Positions 28,816 to 39,089 of a stretch of DNA of 64,000 bases are shown piece after piece. Every line of letters starts with the position of its first letter. Position 1 is the first letter of the stretch. The stretch lies in assembly GCA_000146045.2 (NCBI GenBank), contig BK006939.2:512875-576874 (forward strand). The letters are read 5' to 3'. The translations under genes and the position numbers were made by a program. The notes under the pieces were generated by a model. The model was given only the letters and a program-made list of their open reading frames with translations, was not told the DNA's origin and did not search any database. This stretch comes from TPA_inf: Saccharomyces. Its lineage: Eukaryota.

Positions 28816-31800
28816 ATGGATTTTCAGTGCAGAACGTGTAGCCAGGCTTATGATGCTGAGCAGATGATGAAGCATCTCTCAAGTACGAGGCATAAAACTG
28901 TATTCGACACTTCAAATGATGAAGATATTTGCTGTGAGGAATGTCAAGATAAAAATATACACCAACTTCAAATCATCAGGTTTGGGGGTGAAGACATGGT
29001 TTTACTTTGTAATTCGTGTTTTCGGAAAGAATATTCAGAAACGGAGCGTCCATCAACTAGCTACTCATTACAAAACGGCTCTATATTGAAATTTTGGGAA
29101 AAGTACGTGAAAGTCAGGGAATGTTGTTGTGATGAGTGTGGGGAAGAGTCTAACTTGAATGCAAATAGAAATGGAGAAGTATTATGTGACAAGTGCTTGC
29201 CCAAATCGAATAGAGCTAAAGACTTTGTTTCTGAAAAAAGTGGAAGATTCCTATACATCTACTTGGGACTGAATGAAACACAGAATAGCACTAGAAAGCC
29301 TAGAAAAAAGGGCGGCAGAAGAGTTGGTAGAGGAAAGAAGGGCAGGAAGGGTGCTAAGATTAAGAAGGAGAAAAAGGAAACTTTCGAGGCCAAAATAAGT
29401 AGAATCGCTTATGAAGTCAAGAAAGAAAATAGTACCATTCAAAGCTCTAGTAGTTCCAATCTAAGAAACTTCAAAGGTTTCAAAGCGGTGGAAAGCGATC
29501 CAGTAGTTGCAGCAAAAGTAAGCAAATCAGAGACTAGTAGAAGTAATCCTGGCCCATCAAATCGAAACAAAGGGAAAGGAAATAAGGCAAACCACAAAAA
29601 GAATAGTGGAAATGGGATAGGAAAAGAGAAAGAGAGGAAAACAAACATTAGAAATAATGTCCGTAACAGCCAACCTATACCAGAGGACAGAAAAAATACC
29701 AATAGCCACGTTACAACAAACTCTGGAGGGAAAGGCAAGAACGAATCAGTGGATAAGCACCAATTACCGCAACCAAAAGCTTTGAATGGAAACGGGTCGG
29801 GCAGTACTAATACTACTGGTTTGAAAAAAGGGAAAAAAGACCATGCTGGCCAGAAGACTAAGGGCAATGATAAAACGGGTAATAAGAATCCGCGAGAGGC
29901 CAAACTAAATTCAGCTGGCAGAAAGAATGCACTTGGCAAAAAATCAAATAACCAGCCAAATAAGGGAACTAGCAGGTGGACAATTGGATCTGATACTGAA
30001 TCTTCTAGAGAACCTAGTATTAGCCCAAACGAGAACACAACTTCAATTACTAAATCGCGAAACCGCAATAAGAAGGCTAGCAAGCCGACGCTGAATGAAA
30101 AATCAAAAACAACAACGATGCCAAAAAAGTTGGAGACAAAAAATCAAGAGAAAAATAATGGAAAAACTAAGGACGGGAAACTTATTTACGAAGAAGGTGA
30201 ACCACTCACAAGGTATAATACCTTTAAGTCAACCTTATCATACCCCGATTTGAACACATACCTAAATGATTACTCATTTGCCCTTTTTTTGGAACAGAAA
30301 TTAGAGAACGAATTTGTTCAAAACTTCAACATACTATGGCCTCGCAATGAAAAAGATACAGCTTTTATAATCAACGTTGAGAAGAATAATAATTCAGAAC
30401 TTGAGAAATTACTACCTGCAAATTTGCTTGCACTCGGTAGACCGGCATTTAATGAAAGGCAACCATTTTTCTTTTGTACTCAGGATGAACAAAAAGTTTG
30501 GTATATTTTTATCAAAGAACTTTCTATTCAAAGGGGTAAATACGTGTTGTTAGTGGAGCTTTTTTCGTGGAATAATTTGAGTTTGCCAACGAAAAATGGT
30601 TCATCTCAATTTAAGCTATTGCCAACTTCTGCGCAGACAAGTAGAATTCTATTTGCCATGACGCGTATTACAAACCCAAAATTTATTGACCTATTACTAG
30701 GCCAAAAGCCTATTAAAGAGATTTATTTTGATAACAGGCTAAAATTTTCCAGTGACAAGTTGAACCGATCTCAGAAGACTGCAGTGGAACATGTTCTAAA
30801 CAACAGTATCACAATTCTACAAGGCCCACCTGGTACAGGTAAAACATCAACAATAGAGGAGATAATCATCCAAGTAATTGAAAGATTTCACGCATTCCCA
30901 ATATTGTGTGTTGCCGCGTCAAATATTGCTATTGATAACATTGCCGAGAAGATTATGGAGAATAGACCGCAGATAAAGATCTTAAGAATTTTGTCAAAGA
31001 AGAAAGAACAACAGTATAGTGATGACCACCCATTGGGCGAAATTTGTCTCCACAATATTGTATACAAAAATCTTTCCCCAGACATGCAAGTCGTGGCAAA
31101 CAAAACCCGCAGGGGCGAAATGATCTCCAAATCAGAGGACACGAAGTTTTATAAAGAGAAAAACCGTGTCACCAACAAGGTCGTATCTCAATCGCAAATA
31201 ATTTTCACGACAAACATTGCTGCAGGTGGTCGTGAATTGAAGGTTATAAAAGAATGTCCCGTGGTAATAATGGATGAGGCTACACAATCATCAGAGGCTT
31301 CAACACTAGTCCCACTTTCGTTACCAGGTATAAGAAATTTTGTCTTCGTTGGGGACGAAAAGCAATTGTCAAGTTTCAGCAACATCCCTCAACTGGAAAC
31401 CTCACTATTCGAAAGAGTCCTATCTAATGGCACGTACAAAAACCCACTAATGCTGGATACGCAGTACAGAATGCACCCAAAAATTAGCGAATTCCCCATT
31501 AAGAAAATATACAATGGTGAATTGAAGGACGGTGTCACGGACGAACAAAAGGCATGGCCTGGCGTGCAGCATCCGTTGTTTTTTTATCAGTGCGATTTGG
31601 GGCCCGAGAGCAGAGTGAGAAGCACGCAAAGAGACATAGTCGGGTTTACGTACGAAAACAAACACGAATGTGTAGAAATCGTGAAGATTATCCAAATACT
31701 AATGTTGGACAAGAAGGTTCCGCTGGAAGAAATTGGTGTCATAACGCCCTATTCTGCACAGCGTGATCTGCTGTCTGACATCTTGACCAAAAACGTAGTT

Positions 31801-32181
31801 ATCAACCCCAAACAGATTTCTATGCAACAAGAATACGATGAAATTGAGCTATTTAACGCGGCTGGTTCTCAAGGAACCGCCGGCAGTCTACAAAACAATG
31901 TGATTAACATCATCAACGGCCTACACGTCGCGACCGTAGACTCCTTTCAAGGCCACGAAAAATCTTTCATCATATTTTCATGTGTCAGAAATAACACCGA
32001 AAACAAAATCGGCTTTTTACGTGACAAAAGAAGGTTAAACGTGGCATTGACAAGAGCCAAGCACGGACTAATTGTGGTGGGCAACAAGAATGTCTTAAGA
32101 AAAGGAGACCCCCTATGGAAAGACTACATTACCTACCTCGAGGAACAAGAGGTCATATTCACTGATCTCACAGCTTACTAG
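28816..32181 (+). CDS. ECM32: Upf1-like SF1 DNA helicase I with N-terminal Cys-rich zinc-knuckle region and a long basic K/N/G-rich low-complexity segment, 1121 aa
   Basis: GPPGTGKT Walker A, DEATQ, Upf1-like C-terminal motifs; 1121 aa; gene order. Confidence 0.9.
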   Translation: MDFQCRTCSQAYDAEQMMKHLSSTRHKTVFDTSNDEDICCEECQDKNIHQLQIIRFGGEDMVLLCNSCFRKEYSETERPSTSYSLQNGSILKFWEKYVKVRECCCDECGEESNLNANRNGEVLCDKCLPKSNRAKDFVSEKSGRFLYIYLGLNETQNSTRKPRKKGGRRVGRGKKGRKGAKIKKEKKETFEAKISRIAYEVKKENSTIQSSSSSNLRNFKGFKAVESDPVVAAKVSKSETSRSNPGPSNRNKGKGNKANHKKNSGNGIGKEKERKTNIRNNVRNSQPIPEDRKNTNSHVTTNSGGKGKNESVDKHQLPQPKALNGNGSGSTNTTGLKKGKKDHAGQKTKGNDKTGNKNPREAKLNSAGRKNALGKKSNNQPNKGTSRWTIGSDTESSREPSISPNENTTSITKSRNRNKKASKPTLNEKSKTTTMPKKLETKNQEKNNGKTKDGKLIYEEGEPLTRYNTFKSTLSYPDLNTYLNDYSFALFLEQKLENEFVQNFNILWPRNEKDTAFIINVEKNNNSELEKLLPANLLALGRPAFNERQPFFFCTQDEQKVWYIFIKELSIQRGKYVLLVELFSWNNLSLPTKNGSSQFKLLPTSAQTSRILFAMTRITNPKFIDLLLGQKPIKEIYFDNRLKFSSDKLNRSQKTAVEHVLNNSITILQGPPGTGKTSTIEEIIIQVIERFHAFPILCVAASNIAIDNIAEKIMENRPQIKILRILSKKKEQQYSDDHPLGEICLHNIVYKNLSPDMQVVANKTRRGEMISKSEDTKFYKEKNRVTNKVVSQSQIIFTTNIAAGGRELKVIKECPVVIMDEATQSSEASTLVPLSLPGIRNFVFVGDEKQLSSFSNIPQLETSLFERVLSNGTYKNPLMLDTQYRMHPKISEFPIKKIYNGELKDGVTDEQKAWPGVQHPLFFYQCDLGPESRVRSTQRDIVGFTYENKHECVEIVKIIQILMLDKKVPLEEIGVITPYSAQRDLLSDILTKNVVINPKQISMQQEYDEIELFNAAGSQGTAGSLQNNVINIINGLHVATVDSFQGHEKSFIIFSCVRNNTENKIGFLRDKRRLNVALTRAKHGLIVVGNKNVLRKGDPLWKDYITYLEEQEVIFTDLTAY

Positions 32182-32312
32182 CCGGCTAGGCGGCGGCAAG
32201 AAAATCCACTGTTTATGTATTGATTGCGCAATGCAGAGATAGATAGATATAGATAGATAATGGACGTAGTTATAGAACAGAAAATCGGTAGATCGAAAAC
32301 ACAGGGGAAAAA

Positions 32313-32328
32313 GGGGGGGGGGGGGGGG
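32313..32328 (+). repeat. G16 homopolymer in ECM32-BMH1 intergenic region
   Basis: Direct read: 16 consecutive G, followed by a purine-rich tract. Confidence 0.9.
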
Positions 32329-32340
32329 AGACAGCGCAGC

Positions 32341-32346
32341 CACGTG
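32341..32346. promoter_or_regulatory. E-box CACGTG (Cbf1/Pho4-type site) upstream of BMH1
   Basis: Exact palindrome cacgtg about 390 bp upstream of the BMH1 ATG. Confidence 0.4.
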
Positions 32347-32736
32347 ACGGGCTTCCTCTTTGGAAAGTGGAGCGAAGTTTTGCGGAAGCTACTTTATTCC
32401 GGCCTGGAGTCAAAAGAGGAAGCTCGGTGGCAAATAGCTTCCTCTTTGTGGCCGGGGCGCGGGGGGACGAGGCAAAAAGCAAAGAAAAGCAAAAAAAATA
32501 AAAAAAAAAACAAAAAAACAGGGGTATGAGAAAAAGACACGCTTTTCCACGCGCAGCAAAAAGGAAAAAGGAAAAGGAAACTCTTTATTATTGGACCTTA
32601 AACCTGAAAACGAGACGAACCGTAACATAAAACCGTGTAGTTTCTGCAAAAATAACTTAGTTTTTCCTACTTTTCAAAATTGAGAGCGCAAGCAAGTGAG
32701 AAGAAAAAGCAAGTTAAAGATAAACTAAAGATAAAA

Positions 32737-33540
32737 ATGTCAACCAGTCGTGAAGATTCTGTGTACCTAGCCAAGTTGGCTGAACAGGCCGAACGTTATG
32801 AAGAAATGGTCGAAAACATGAAGACTGTTGCCTCCTCTGGCCAAGAGTTGTCGGTCGAAGAGCGTAATTTGTTGTCTGTTGCTTATAAGAACGTTATTGG
32901 TGCTCGTCGTGCCTCTTGGAGAATTGTTTCTTCTATTGAGCAAAAGGAGGAGTCCAAGGAGAAGTCCGAACACCAGGTCGAGTTGATTTGTTCGTACCGT
33001 TCGAAGATTGAGACCGAACTAACTAAGATCTCCGACGATATTTTGTCCGTGCTAGACTCCCACTTAATTCCATCAGCCACCACTGGCGAGTCCAAGGTTT
33101 TCTACTATAAGATGAAGGGTGACTACCACCGTTATTTGGCTGAATTTTCTAGTGGCGATGCTAGAGAAAAGGCCACAAACGCCTCTTTAGAAGCATACAA
33201 GACCGCTTCTGAAATTGCCACCACAGAGTTACCCCCAACTCACCCAATCCGTCTAGGTTTGGCTCTTAACTTCTCTGTCTTCTATTATGAAATTCAAAAC
33301 TCTCCAGACAAAGCCTGCCATTTGGCCAAGCAAGCTTTTGACGACGCTATTGCTGAGTTGGACACTCTGTCTGAAGAATCATACAAAGATAGCACACTTA
33401 TCATGCAACTGCTAAGGGACAATTTAACCTTATGGACTTCAGACATGTCCGAGTCCGGTCAAGCTGAAGACCAACAACAACAACAACAACATCAGCAACA
33501 GCAGCCACCTGCTGCCGCCGAAGGTGAAGCACCAAAGTAA
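32737..33540 (+). CDS. BMH1: 14-3-3 protein with C-terminal polyQ tail, 267 aa
   Basis: Canonical 14-3-3 sequence starting [25 protein letters not shown]; the track start 32680 is an upstream non-ATG extension. Confidence 0.93.
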
Positions 33541-33942
33541 GTATTCTGATAAATCTAAAGAGAAATTACTAAAAAAAAGAAAAAAAAAAGAACGGGGGTG
33601 TAATAATTTGTAGTTCATTATTGCAATTATATATCTATATCTATATATGTATATAACATTAACATGTGCATGTACACACGTAATCGCGCGTGTACATGTC
33701 TATATGTGTTACTTGAACTATACTGTTTTGACGTGTATGTTTATTTATCTCTCTTCTGATTCCTCCACCCCTTCCTTACTCAACCGGGTAAATGTCGCAT
33801 CATGACTCCCGACAATAATCCCCTCTGGTATAGCGAGAAGCAACTTTAGCTTCTTAACGGCAAGAACTTTTTTATGTTTGTCGCACCTGTATCTTCACAA
33901 AAGTTGGATACAGCAATAAGAAAGGAAACCACATTTGTGCCA

Positions 33943-35205
33943 ATGCTTGCTGCTTCATTCAAACGCCAACCATCACAATTGGTCCGCGGGTTAGGAGCTG
34001 TTCTTCGCACTCCCACCAGGATAGGTCATGTTCGTACCATGGCAACTTTAAAAACAACTGATAAGAAGGCCCCTGAGGACATCGAGGGCTCGGACACAGT
34101 GCAAATTGAGTTGCCTGAATCTTCCTTCGAGTCGTATATGCTAGAGCCTCCAGACTTGTCTTATGAGACTTCGAAAGCCACCTTGTTACAGATGTATAAA
34201 GATATGGTCATCATCAGAAGAATGGAGATGGCTTGTGACGCCTTGTACAAGGCCAAGAAAATCAGAGGTTTTTGCCATCTATCTGTTGGTCAGGAGGCCA
34301 TTGCTGTCGGTATCGAGAATGCCATCACAAAATTGGATTCCATCATCACATCTTACAGATGTCACGGTTTCACTTTTATGAGAGGTGCCTCAGTGAAAGC
34401 CGTTCTGGCTGAATTGATGGGTAGAAGAGCCGGTGTCTCTTATGGTAAGGGTGGTTCCATGCACCTTTACGCTCCAGGCTTCTATGGTGGTAATGGTATC
34501 GTGGGTGCCCAGGTTCCTTTAGGTGCAGGTTTAGCTTTTGCTCACCAATACAAGAACGAGGACGCCTGCTCTTTCACTTTGTATGGTGATGGTGCCTCTA
34601 ATCAAGGTCAAGTTTTTGAATCTTTCAACATGGCCAAATTATGGAATTTGCCCGTCGTGTTTTGCTGTGAGAACAACAAGTACGGTATGGGTACCGCCGC
34701 TTCAAGATCCTCCGCGATGACTGAATATTTCAAGCGTGGTCAATATATTCCAGGTTTAAAAGTTAACGGTATGGATATTCTAGCTGTCTACCAAGCATCC
34801 AAGTTTGCTAAGGACTGGTGTCTATCCGGCAAAGGTCCTCTCGTTCTAGAATATGAAACCTATAGGTACGGTGGCCATTCTATGTCTGATCCCGGTACTA
34901 CCTACAGAACTAGAGACGAGATTCAGCATATGAGATCCAAGAACGATCCAATTGCTGGTCTTAAGATGCATTTGATTGATCTAGGTATTGCCACTGAAGC
35001 TGAAGTCAAAGCTTACGACAAGTCCGCTAGAAAATACGTTGACGAACAAGTTGAATTAGCTGATGCTGCTCCTCCTCCAGAAGCCAAATTATCCATCTTG
35101 TTTGAAGACGTCTACGTGAAAGGTACAGAAACTCCAACCCTAAGAGGTAGGATCCCTGAAGATACTTGGGACTTCAAAAAGCAAGGTTTTGCCTCTAGGG
35201 ATTAA
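33943..35205 (+). CDS. PDA1: pyruvate dehydrogenase E1 alpha subunit, mitochondrial, 420 aa
   Basis: TPP-binding motif GDGASNQG; N-terminal presequence MLAASFKRQ; ATG at 33943. Confidence 0.92.
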   Translation: MLAASFKRQPSQLVRGLGAVLRTPTRIGHVRTMATLKTTDKKAPEDIEGSDTVQIELPESSFESYMLEPPDLSYETSKATLLQMYKDMVIIRRMEMACDALYKAKKIRGFCHLSVGQEAIAVGIENAITKLDSIITSYRCHGFTFMRGASVKAVLAELMGRRAGVSYGKGGSMHLYAPGFYGGNGIVGAQVPLGAGLAFAHQYKNEDACSFTLYGDGASNQGQVFESFNMAKLWNLPVVFCCENNKYGMGTAASRSSAMTEYFKRGQYIPGLKVNGMDILAVYQASKFAKDWCLSGKGPLVLEYETYRYGGHSMSDPGTTYRTRDEIQHMRSKNDPIAGLKMHLIDLGIATEAEVKAYDKSARKYVDEQVELADAAPPPEAKLSILFEDVYVKGTETPTLRGRIPEDTWDFKKQGFASRD

Positions 35206-35546
35206 TTAAATCGTAAGGAAAAATAAAATAATAGTGCTGTGATCGCATGATATTCTTCCCTGGAAGCGCCATTTTATAGCAAGAAATGTAAGTCAAGTAT
35301 ATTTTAACTGTATATCAACAATATAGCTCTTTTTTATGCCTTGTTGTTTTTCTTCGGGTTTTCCCCACACATTGTGTGGAGAGATAGTTATTAACAGACC
35401 GGAAAATAGCCGCCCAAGGATAAACTTTTATATAAAGGGAAGGGTAGTTGACCCAAAAAATTTGGATTCTACTTTTCCAGATTTACTTTCACCCTTTTAT
35501 ATTTGCTGTAGTCTGTTATGCCAATCAGGAAAGCATTTGAACAAAT

Positions 35547-36643
35547 ATGTCTGTTACAGGAACTGAGATCGATAGTGATACAGCAAAAAATATTCTTAGT
35601 GTAGATGAATTACAGAACTATGGTATTAATGCCTCAGATCTTCAAAAATTGAAGTCTGGTGGGATATACACAGTCAATGTATGTTATAATAACATTTTTA
35701 AAACCTCTGCTGTAGAGGTTCTTTCCCCCTTTCTTTTACTAACTAATAATTTGGAAAGGAACTTTTATAGACCGTTTTGTCAACAACAAGAAGACATCTA
35801 TGTAAAATTAAAGGGTTAAGTGAGGTGAAAGTGGAAAAAATTAAAGAAGCTGCTGGAAAAATCATACAGGTGGGATTTATCCCCGCTACTGTACAATTAG
35901 ATATAAGACAGCGTGTGTACTCCTTATCAACTGGATCTAAGCAACTAGATTCAATCCTAGGTGGTGGAATAATGACAATGAGTATCACTGAAGTATTTGG
36001 TGAATTTAGGTGTGGTAAGACACAGATGTCTCATACTTTGTGTGTTACCACGCAGCTTCCGAGGGAAATGGGTGGTGGTGAAGGGAAAGTAGCATATATT
36101 GATACAGAAGGCACTTTCAGGCCCGAGAGGATTAAGCAAATTGCAGAAGGTTATGAATTGGATCCCGAGTCATGTTTGGCAAACGTTTCATATGCTAGAG
36201 CCTTGAATAGTGAACATCAAATGGAACTTGTTGAACAATTGGGTGAAGAACTTAGTTCTGGAGATTATCGCCTTATCGTGGTAGATTCTATAATGGCAAA
36301 CTTCAGAGTAGACTACTGCGGTAGAGGTGAACTAAGCGAAAGACAGCAAAAGCTAAATCAACATCTTTTCAAATTGAATAGATTGGCAGAGGAATTTAAT
36401 GTTGCAGTATTTCTGACAAACCAAGTTCAATCAGACCCAGGTGCTTCTGCATTATTTGCCTCGGCAGATGGTAGGAAACCAATTGGAGGGCACGTTCTGG
36501 CACATGCGTCAGCAACAAGGATTTTGTTGAGAAAAGGGCGTGGTGACGAAAGAGTTGCCAAGTTACAAGATTCCCCAGATATGCCTGAAAAAGAATGTGT
36601 CTACGTAATTGGTGAAAAAGGTATTACCGATTCAAGTGACTAG
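35547..36643 (+). CDS. DMC1: meiotic RecA-family recombinase, two exons (35547-35678 and 35771-36643), 334 aa
   Basis: Exon 1 ends ...GGIYTVN then GTATGT; TACTAAC branch point; TAG acceptor at 35770; exon 2 begins [10 protein letters not shown]; Walker [10 protein letters not shown]. Confidence 0.9.
35679..35770 (+). other. DMC1: spliceosomal intron of DMC1 (92 nt; GTATGT ... TACTAAC ... TAG)
   Basis: 5' splice site gtatgt at 35679, tactaac about 35 nt upstream of the 3' tag, and the frame is restored across the junction. Confidence 0.88.
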
Positions 36644-36849
36644 TTTTTGTATACTTTTTTAATGAAGATGACATTGCTCCTTTATTAAACTTTTCTTTTA
36701 CTTTGTGTTACTAATATTATTAATATCTTGTTATGATTCTTTGTTTTAGCAGCTCCAAAAGAAAGGAATATTATAATATAATTGTTGTAATTCGGAAAAA
36801 AAATATTAAATTACTATGGTGCATATGCGTATATAAAATTGAGCATTAC

Positions 36850-37653
36850 CTAACGCCATATATTACTATCTAAAGTCCTCACAGATGATGTGTTTTCAAA
36901 ATCAAATGATTGGAGCTCCTCATCATCATCCCCGGTAAACTGCTCGGTTTCAGATCCATTATCCAGATACCTCAACGGGCTAGTGTACGCAATTGAAGGG
37001 TACCTATAAAATAAAGTACGTTCCTCTTTCAACTGAAAAAACCCCCGATAATCCCTTGACAAGAAATAATACATAATATAATCTCGCTTTCTGACAAGAC
37101 TTTTCAGTTCTTGGTACTCTAATTCCCGTTCGAAAACCGGATATGTGCCAGCAATTTCGTCAGTTATTATAGCGTTTATAATAGCCTCGTAGTCATCGGG
37201 CTCAATTCTATTTTCGTAGTTGAACAGACGGTAAAAAGGGCTACAGTCATAATTATGCTCGCATTCCTCGAGAATAATATCTGAATCAGATTGTAAATGT
37301 ATGATATTTCTTGGCGTTACAACAATAGAATCCTCAGGCCCTGATATTTTCTCTATAGATGGGGAATCCGGTATATAGTCAAGGTTGATATCTGTTAATT
37401 CATTTGAATTTAGGTTAGCGCGAGCTTCAATTTCGTTAGGCTTCTTGAAATTTGCCTTAACTGGGATTTGCTTTGCCAATTTTTTGTCATCTAGCTTTTT
37501 TCTATGATTGAAATTTAGGTCACGAAGCCTTATATGTTCAAGATCCTTGGATTTTGTAGCAGCTTTTTCCTTTATCAAGAAACTGCTTGACTTCTTTTGC
37601 GAAAAAGGGTGGGTTTGATTTTCATCTTGATGCAACCTCTCATCGACATCCAT
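36850..37653 (-). CDS. ISC10: sporulation-specific protein, 267 aa
   Basis: 267-aa minus-strand ORF directly after DMC1, matching YER180C by position and length. Confidence 0.8.
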   Translation of the reverse strand: MDVDERLHQDENQTHPFSQKKSSSFLIKEKAATKSKDLEHIRLRDLNFNHRKKLDDKKLAKQIPVKANFKKPNEIEARANLNSNELTDINLDYIPDSPSIEKISGPEDSIVVTPRNIIHLQSDSDIILEECEHNYDCSPFYRLFNYENRIEPDDYEAIINAIITDEIAGTYPVFERELEYQELKSLVRKRDYIMYYFLSRDYRGFFQLKEERTLFYRYPSIAYTSPLRYLDNGSETEQFTGDDDEELQSFDFENTSSVRTLDSNIWR

Positions 37654-37990
37654 TTTGTCACTGTGTCTGAGAATCTATACTTCAGGGCCTGCTACAAGAA
37701 GTAGAAACTAAAATACAATGTTACAAATGCGAGAAGGGTTTTTTTTATGATCATGAGTGACCGCAATAAAATCTTTCGAAGCTTTTTCGAATATTTTAAC
37801 ATTTTTTCTCTATAGCTTCTTTGTGGCATCGCCCATGGGATCAAACCATACTGGTTTCTTTGTAAAACAGGCGCAAAATATAGAAACTCAGAAAAAGAGA
37901 AAACGAGTAGTGGAAAAATTTATCAGCCATTTATGCGACGCATCCGTTTGACTGATCTACCTATTTAAAACAGAAACCTACGTTGAAAAG

Positions 37991-38248
37991 TTATTTTTCC
38001 AACACATTACTGGATCTCATCAAATTGCCAATGTAATCTTCTAGATAATCATTTTCTTGCTTTAGTTGCTCACACACCTCTTGCTGCTCTAAGGTTTTAT
38101 TCCACAACAAGTCTAATGTATCCTTCAGAAGTTTGGTTTGGCGCATCATCCTCTCATTTTTTGTTCCAGCTTCTCTTTCGCCAAGATTAACTTCAGAGGA
38201 TGGCTGCTTGCCCGTCGGCGAGCCAGTACTAATGTTCTCCGCTGACAT
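37991..38248 (-). CDS. SLO1: small coiled-coil protein (SCOCO-like), 85 aa
   Basis: 85-aa ORF with coiled-coil heptads; position matches YER180C-A. Confidence 0.7.
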   Translation of the reverse strand: MSAENISTGSPTGKQPSSEVNLGEREAGTKNERMMRQTKLLKDTLDLLWNKTLEQQEVCEQLKQENDYLEDYIGNLMRSSNVLEK

Positions 38249-38410
38249 TGTCCTATTTGTTTGTTTGCTATTATAATTTATCTAGTCAACAACTTCGCAG
38301 ATCTACAAACTGGTCCTTAAGATGTTTTATTGAAGACATCATTTTTTATTTTTTTAAGCAGAACGTGCTGTGCTCTCCCTTTTGGGCCTTTTTACGATTT
38401 TCAAAAAAAT

Positions 38411-38484
38411 TGGTCTCTAGCGGGATCGAACCGCTGATCCCCGCGTTATTAGCACGGTGCCTTAACCAACTGGGCCAAGAGACC
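38411..38484 (-). tRNA. tI(AAU): tRNA-Ile (anticodon AAT/IAU), 74 nt, no intron
   Basis: Reverse complement reads GGTCTCTTGGCCCAGTTGGTTAAGGCACCGTGCTAATAACGCGGGGATCAGCGGTTCGATCCCGCTAGAGACCA; acceptor stem GGTCTCT/AGAGACC; A box and B box (GGTTCGATCC) present. Confidence 0.93.
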
Positions 38485-38561
38485 TGTAATCTGTGTTAAA
38501 CCTGCATAAATTATGAAATCATAGCAACGTTTCAAATACTTCAGATGCCCCCATCCCTTCG

Positions 38562-38899
38562 TGTAGATGATGAAATGAAACTCTAGAATATCATCCATTT
38601 AGTAGCATTCTTGCTGCTGGTATAGTATCATATGAGATCTAGGAAGATGAAATGAAGCTTGAGAAAGAGTTAGCAAGTTTAATGGAAGCTGAAATGCAAG
38701 AATTGATAATGTAATGGGAAAATGAAGCATATAAAACGATAGGAAAAATAATCGTAATATTATTGTATGCAAATACCGATTAAATTTGAGGATCCCTATA
38801 CCCTTGAGGAGAAGTTCTAGTATGTTCTGTATACATAGTATTGAAGCCTCTATCAACAATGGAATCCCGATAATTATCACAAAATTCACACAAACCTCA
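38562..38899 (+). mobile_element. solo LTR of Ty1/Ty2/Ty4 (delta/tau) type, about 338 bp, roughly 78 bp upstream of the tRNA-Ile 5' end
   Basis: Aligns with the delta consensus: TGT.GA..AGAAAT start, GGAAGCTGAAA.GCAAG, GAGGAGAA.TTCTAGTAT, AATGGAATCCC, ending ...CCTCA. Confidence 0.75.
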
Positions 38900-39089
38900 G
38901 ATAAACGTAACAGTATTAGCATACATAATTATACCCAGGCTTCTCCCACAGTGCGCATGATTCGCTACGAAATCATCAATTTCACATAATATTGAGATTG
39001 CATTTGTTTTTGTTTCTTGCGTTGTCACTTTTAATTCTGCTGTATTATCAACTCCTGCACTTAGCTTCTGCAAGATAAAATGACGACTT

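Noticed and set aside
29439-30083. 214-aa minus-strand ORF inside ECM32
   Set aside because: It is an artefact of the purine-rich, stop-poor low-complexity coding segment of ECM32. Its composition (FLP-rich) mirrors the sense K/N/G codons.
32260-32649. Three overlapping 70-89-aa ORFs around the G16/purine tract
   Set aside because: They arise from homopolymer, low-complexity sequence in the BMH1 upstream region, with no ATG support.
33874-33942. N-terminal extensions in ORF-track entries (PDA1 +23 aa, BMH1 +19 aa, BRR2 +13 aa, RAD3 +3 aa, RPH1 +4 aa, TMT1 +3 aa, CCA1 +2 aa)
   Set aside because: The track initiates at GTG or TTG. The downstream ATG reproduces the expected N-terminus and protein length in each case.
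38599-38922. 107-aa minus-strand ORF (YER181C-like)
   Set aside because: It lies wholly inside the delta-type solo LTR and is a dubious ORF.
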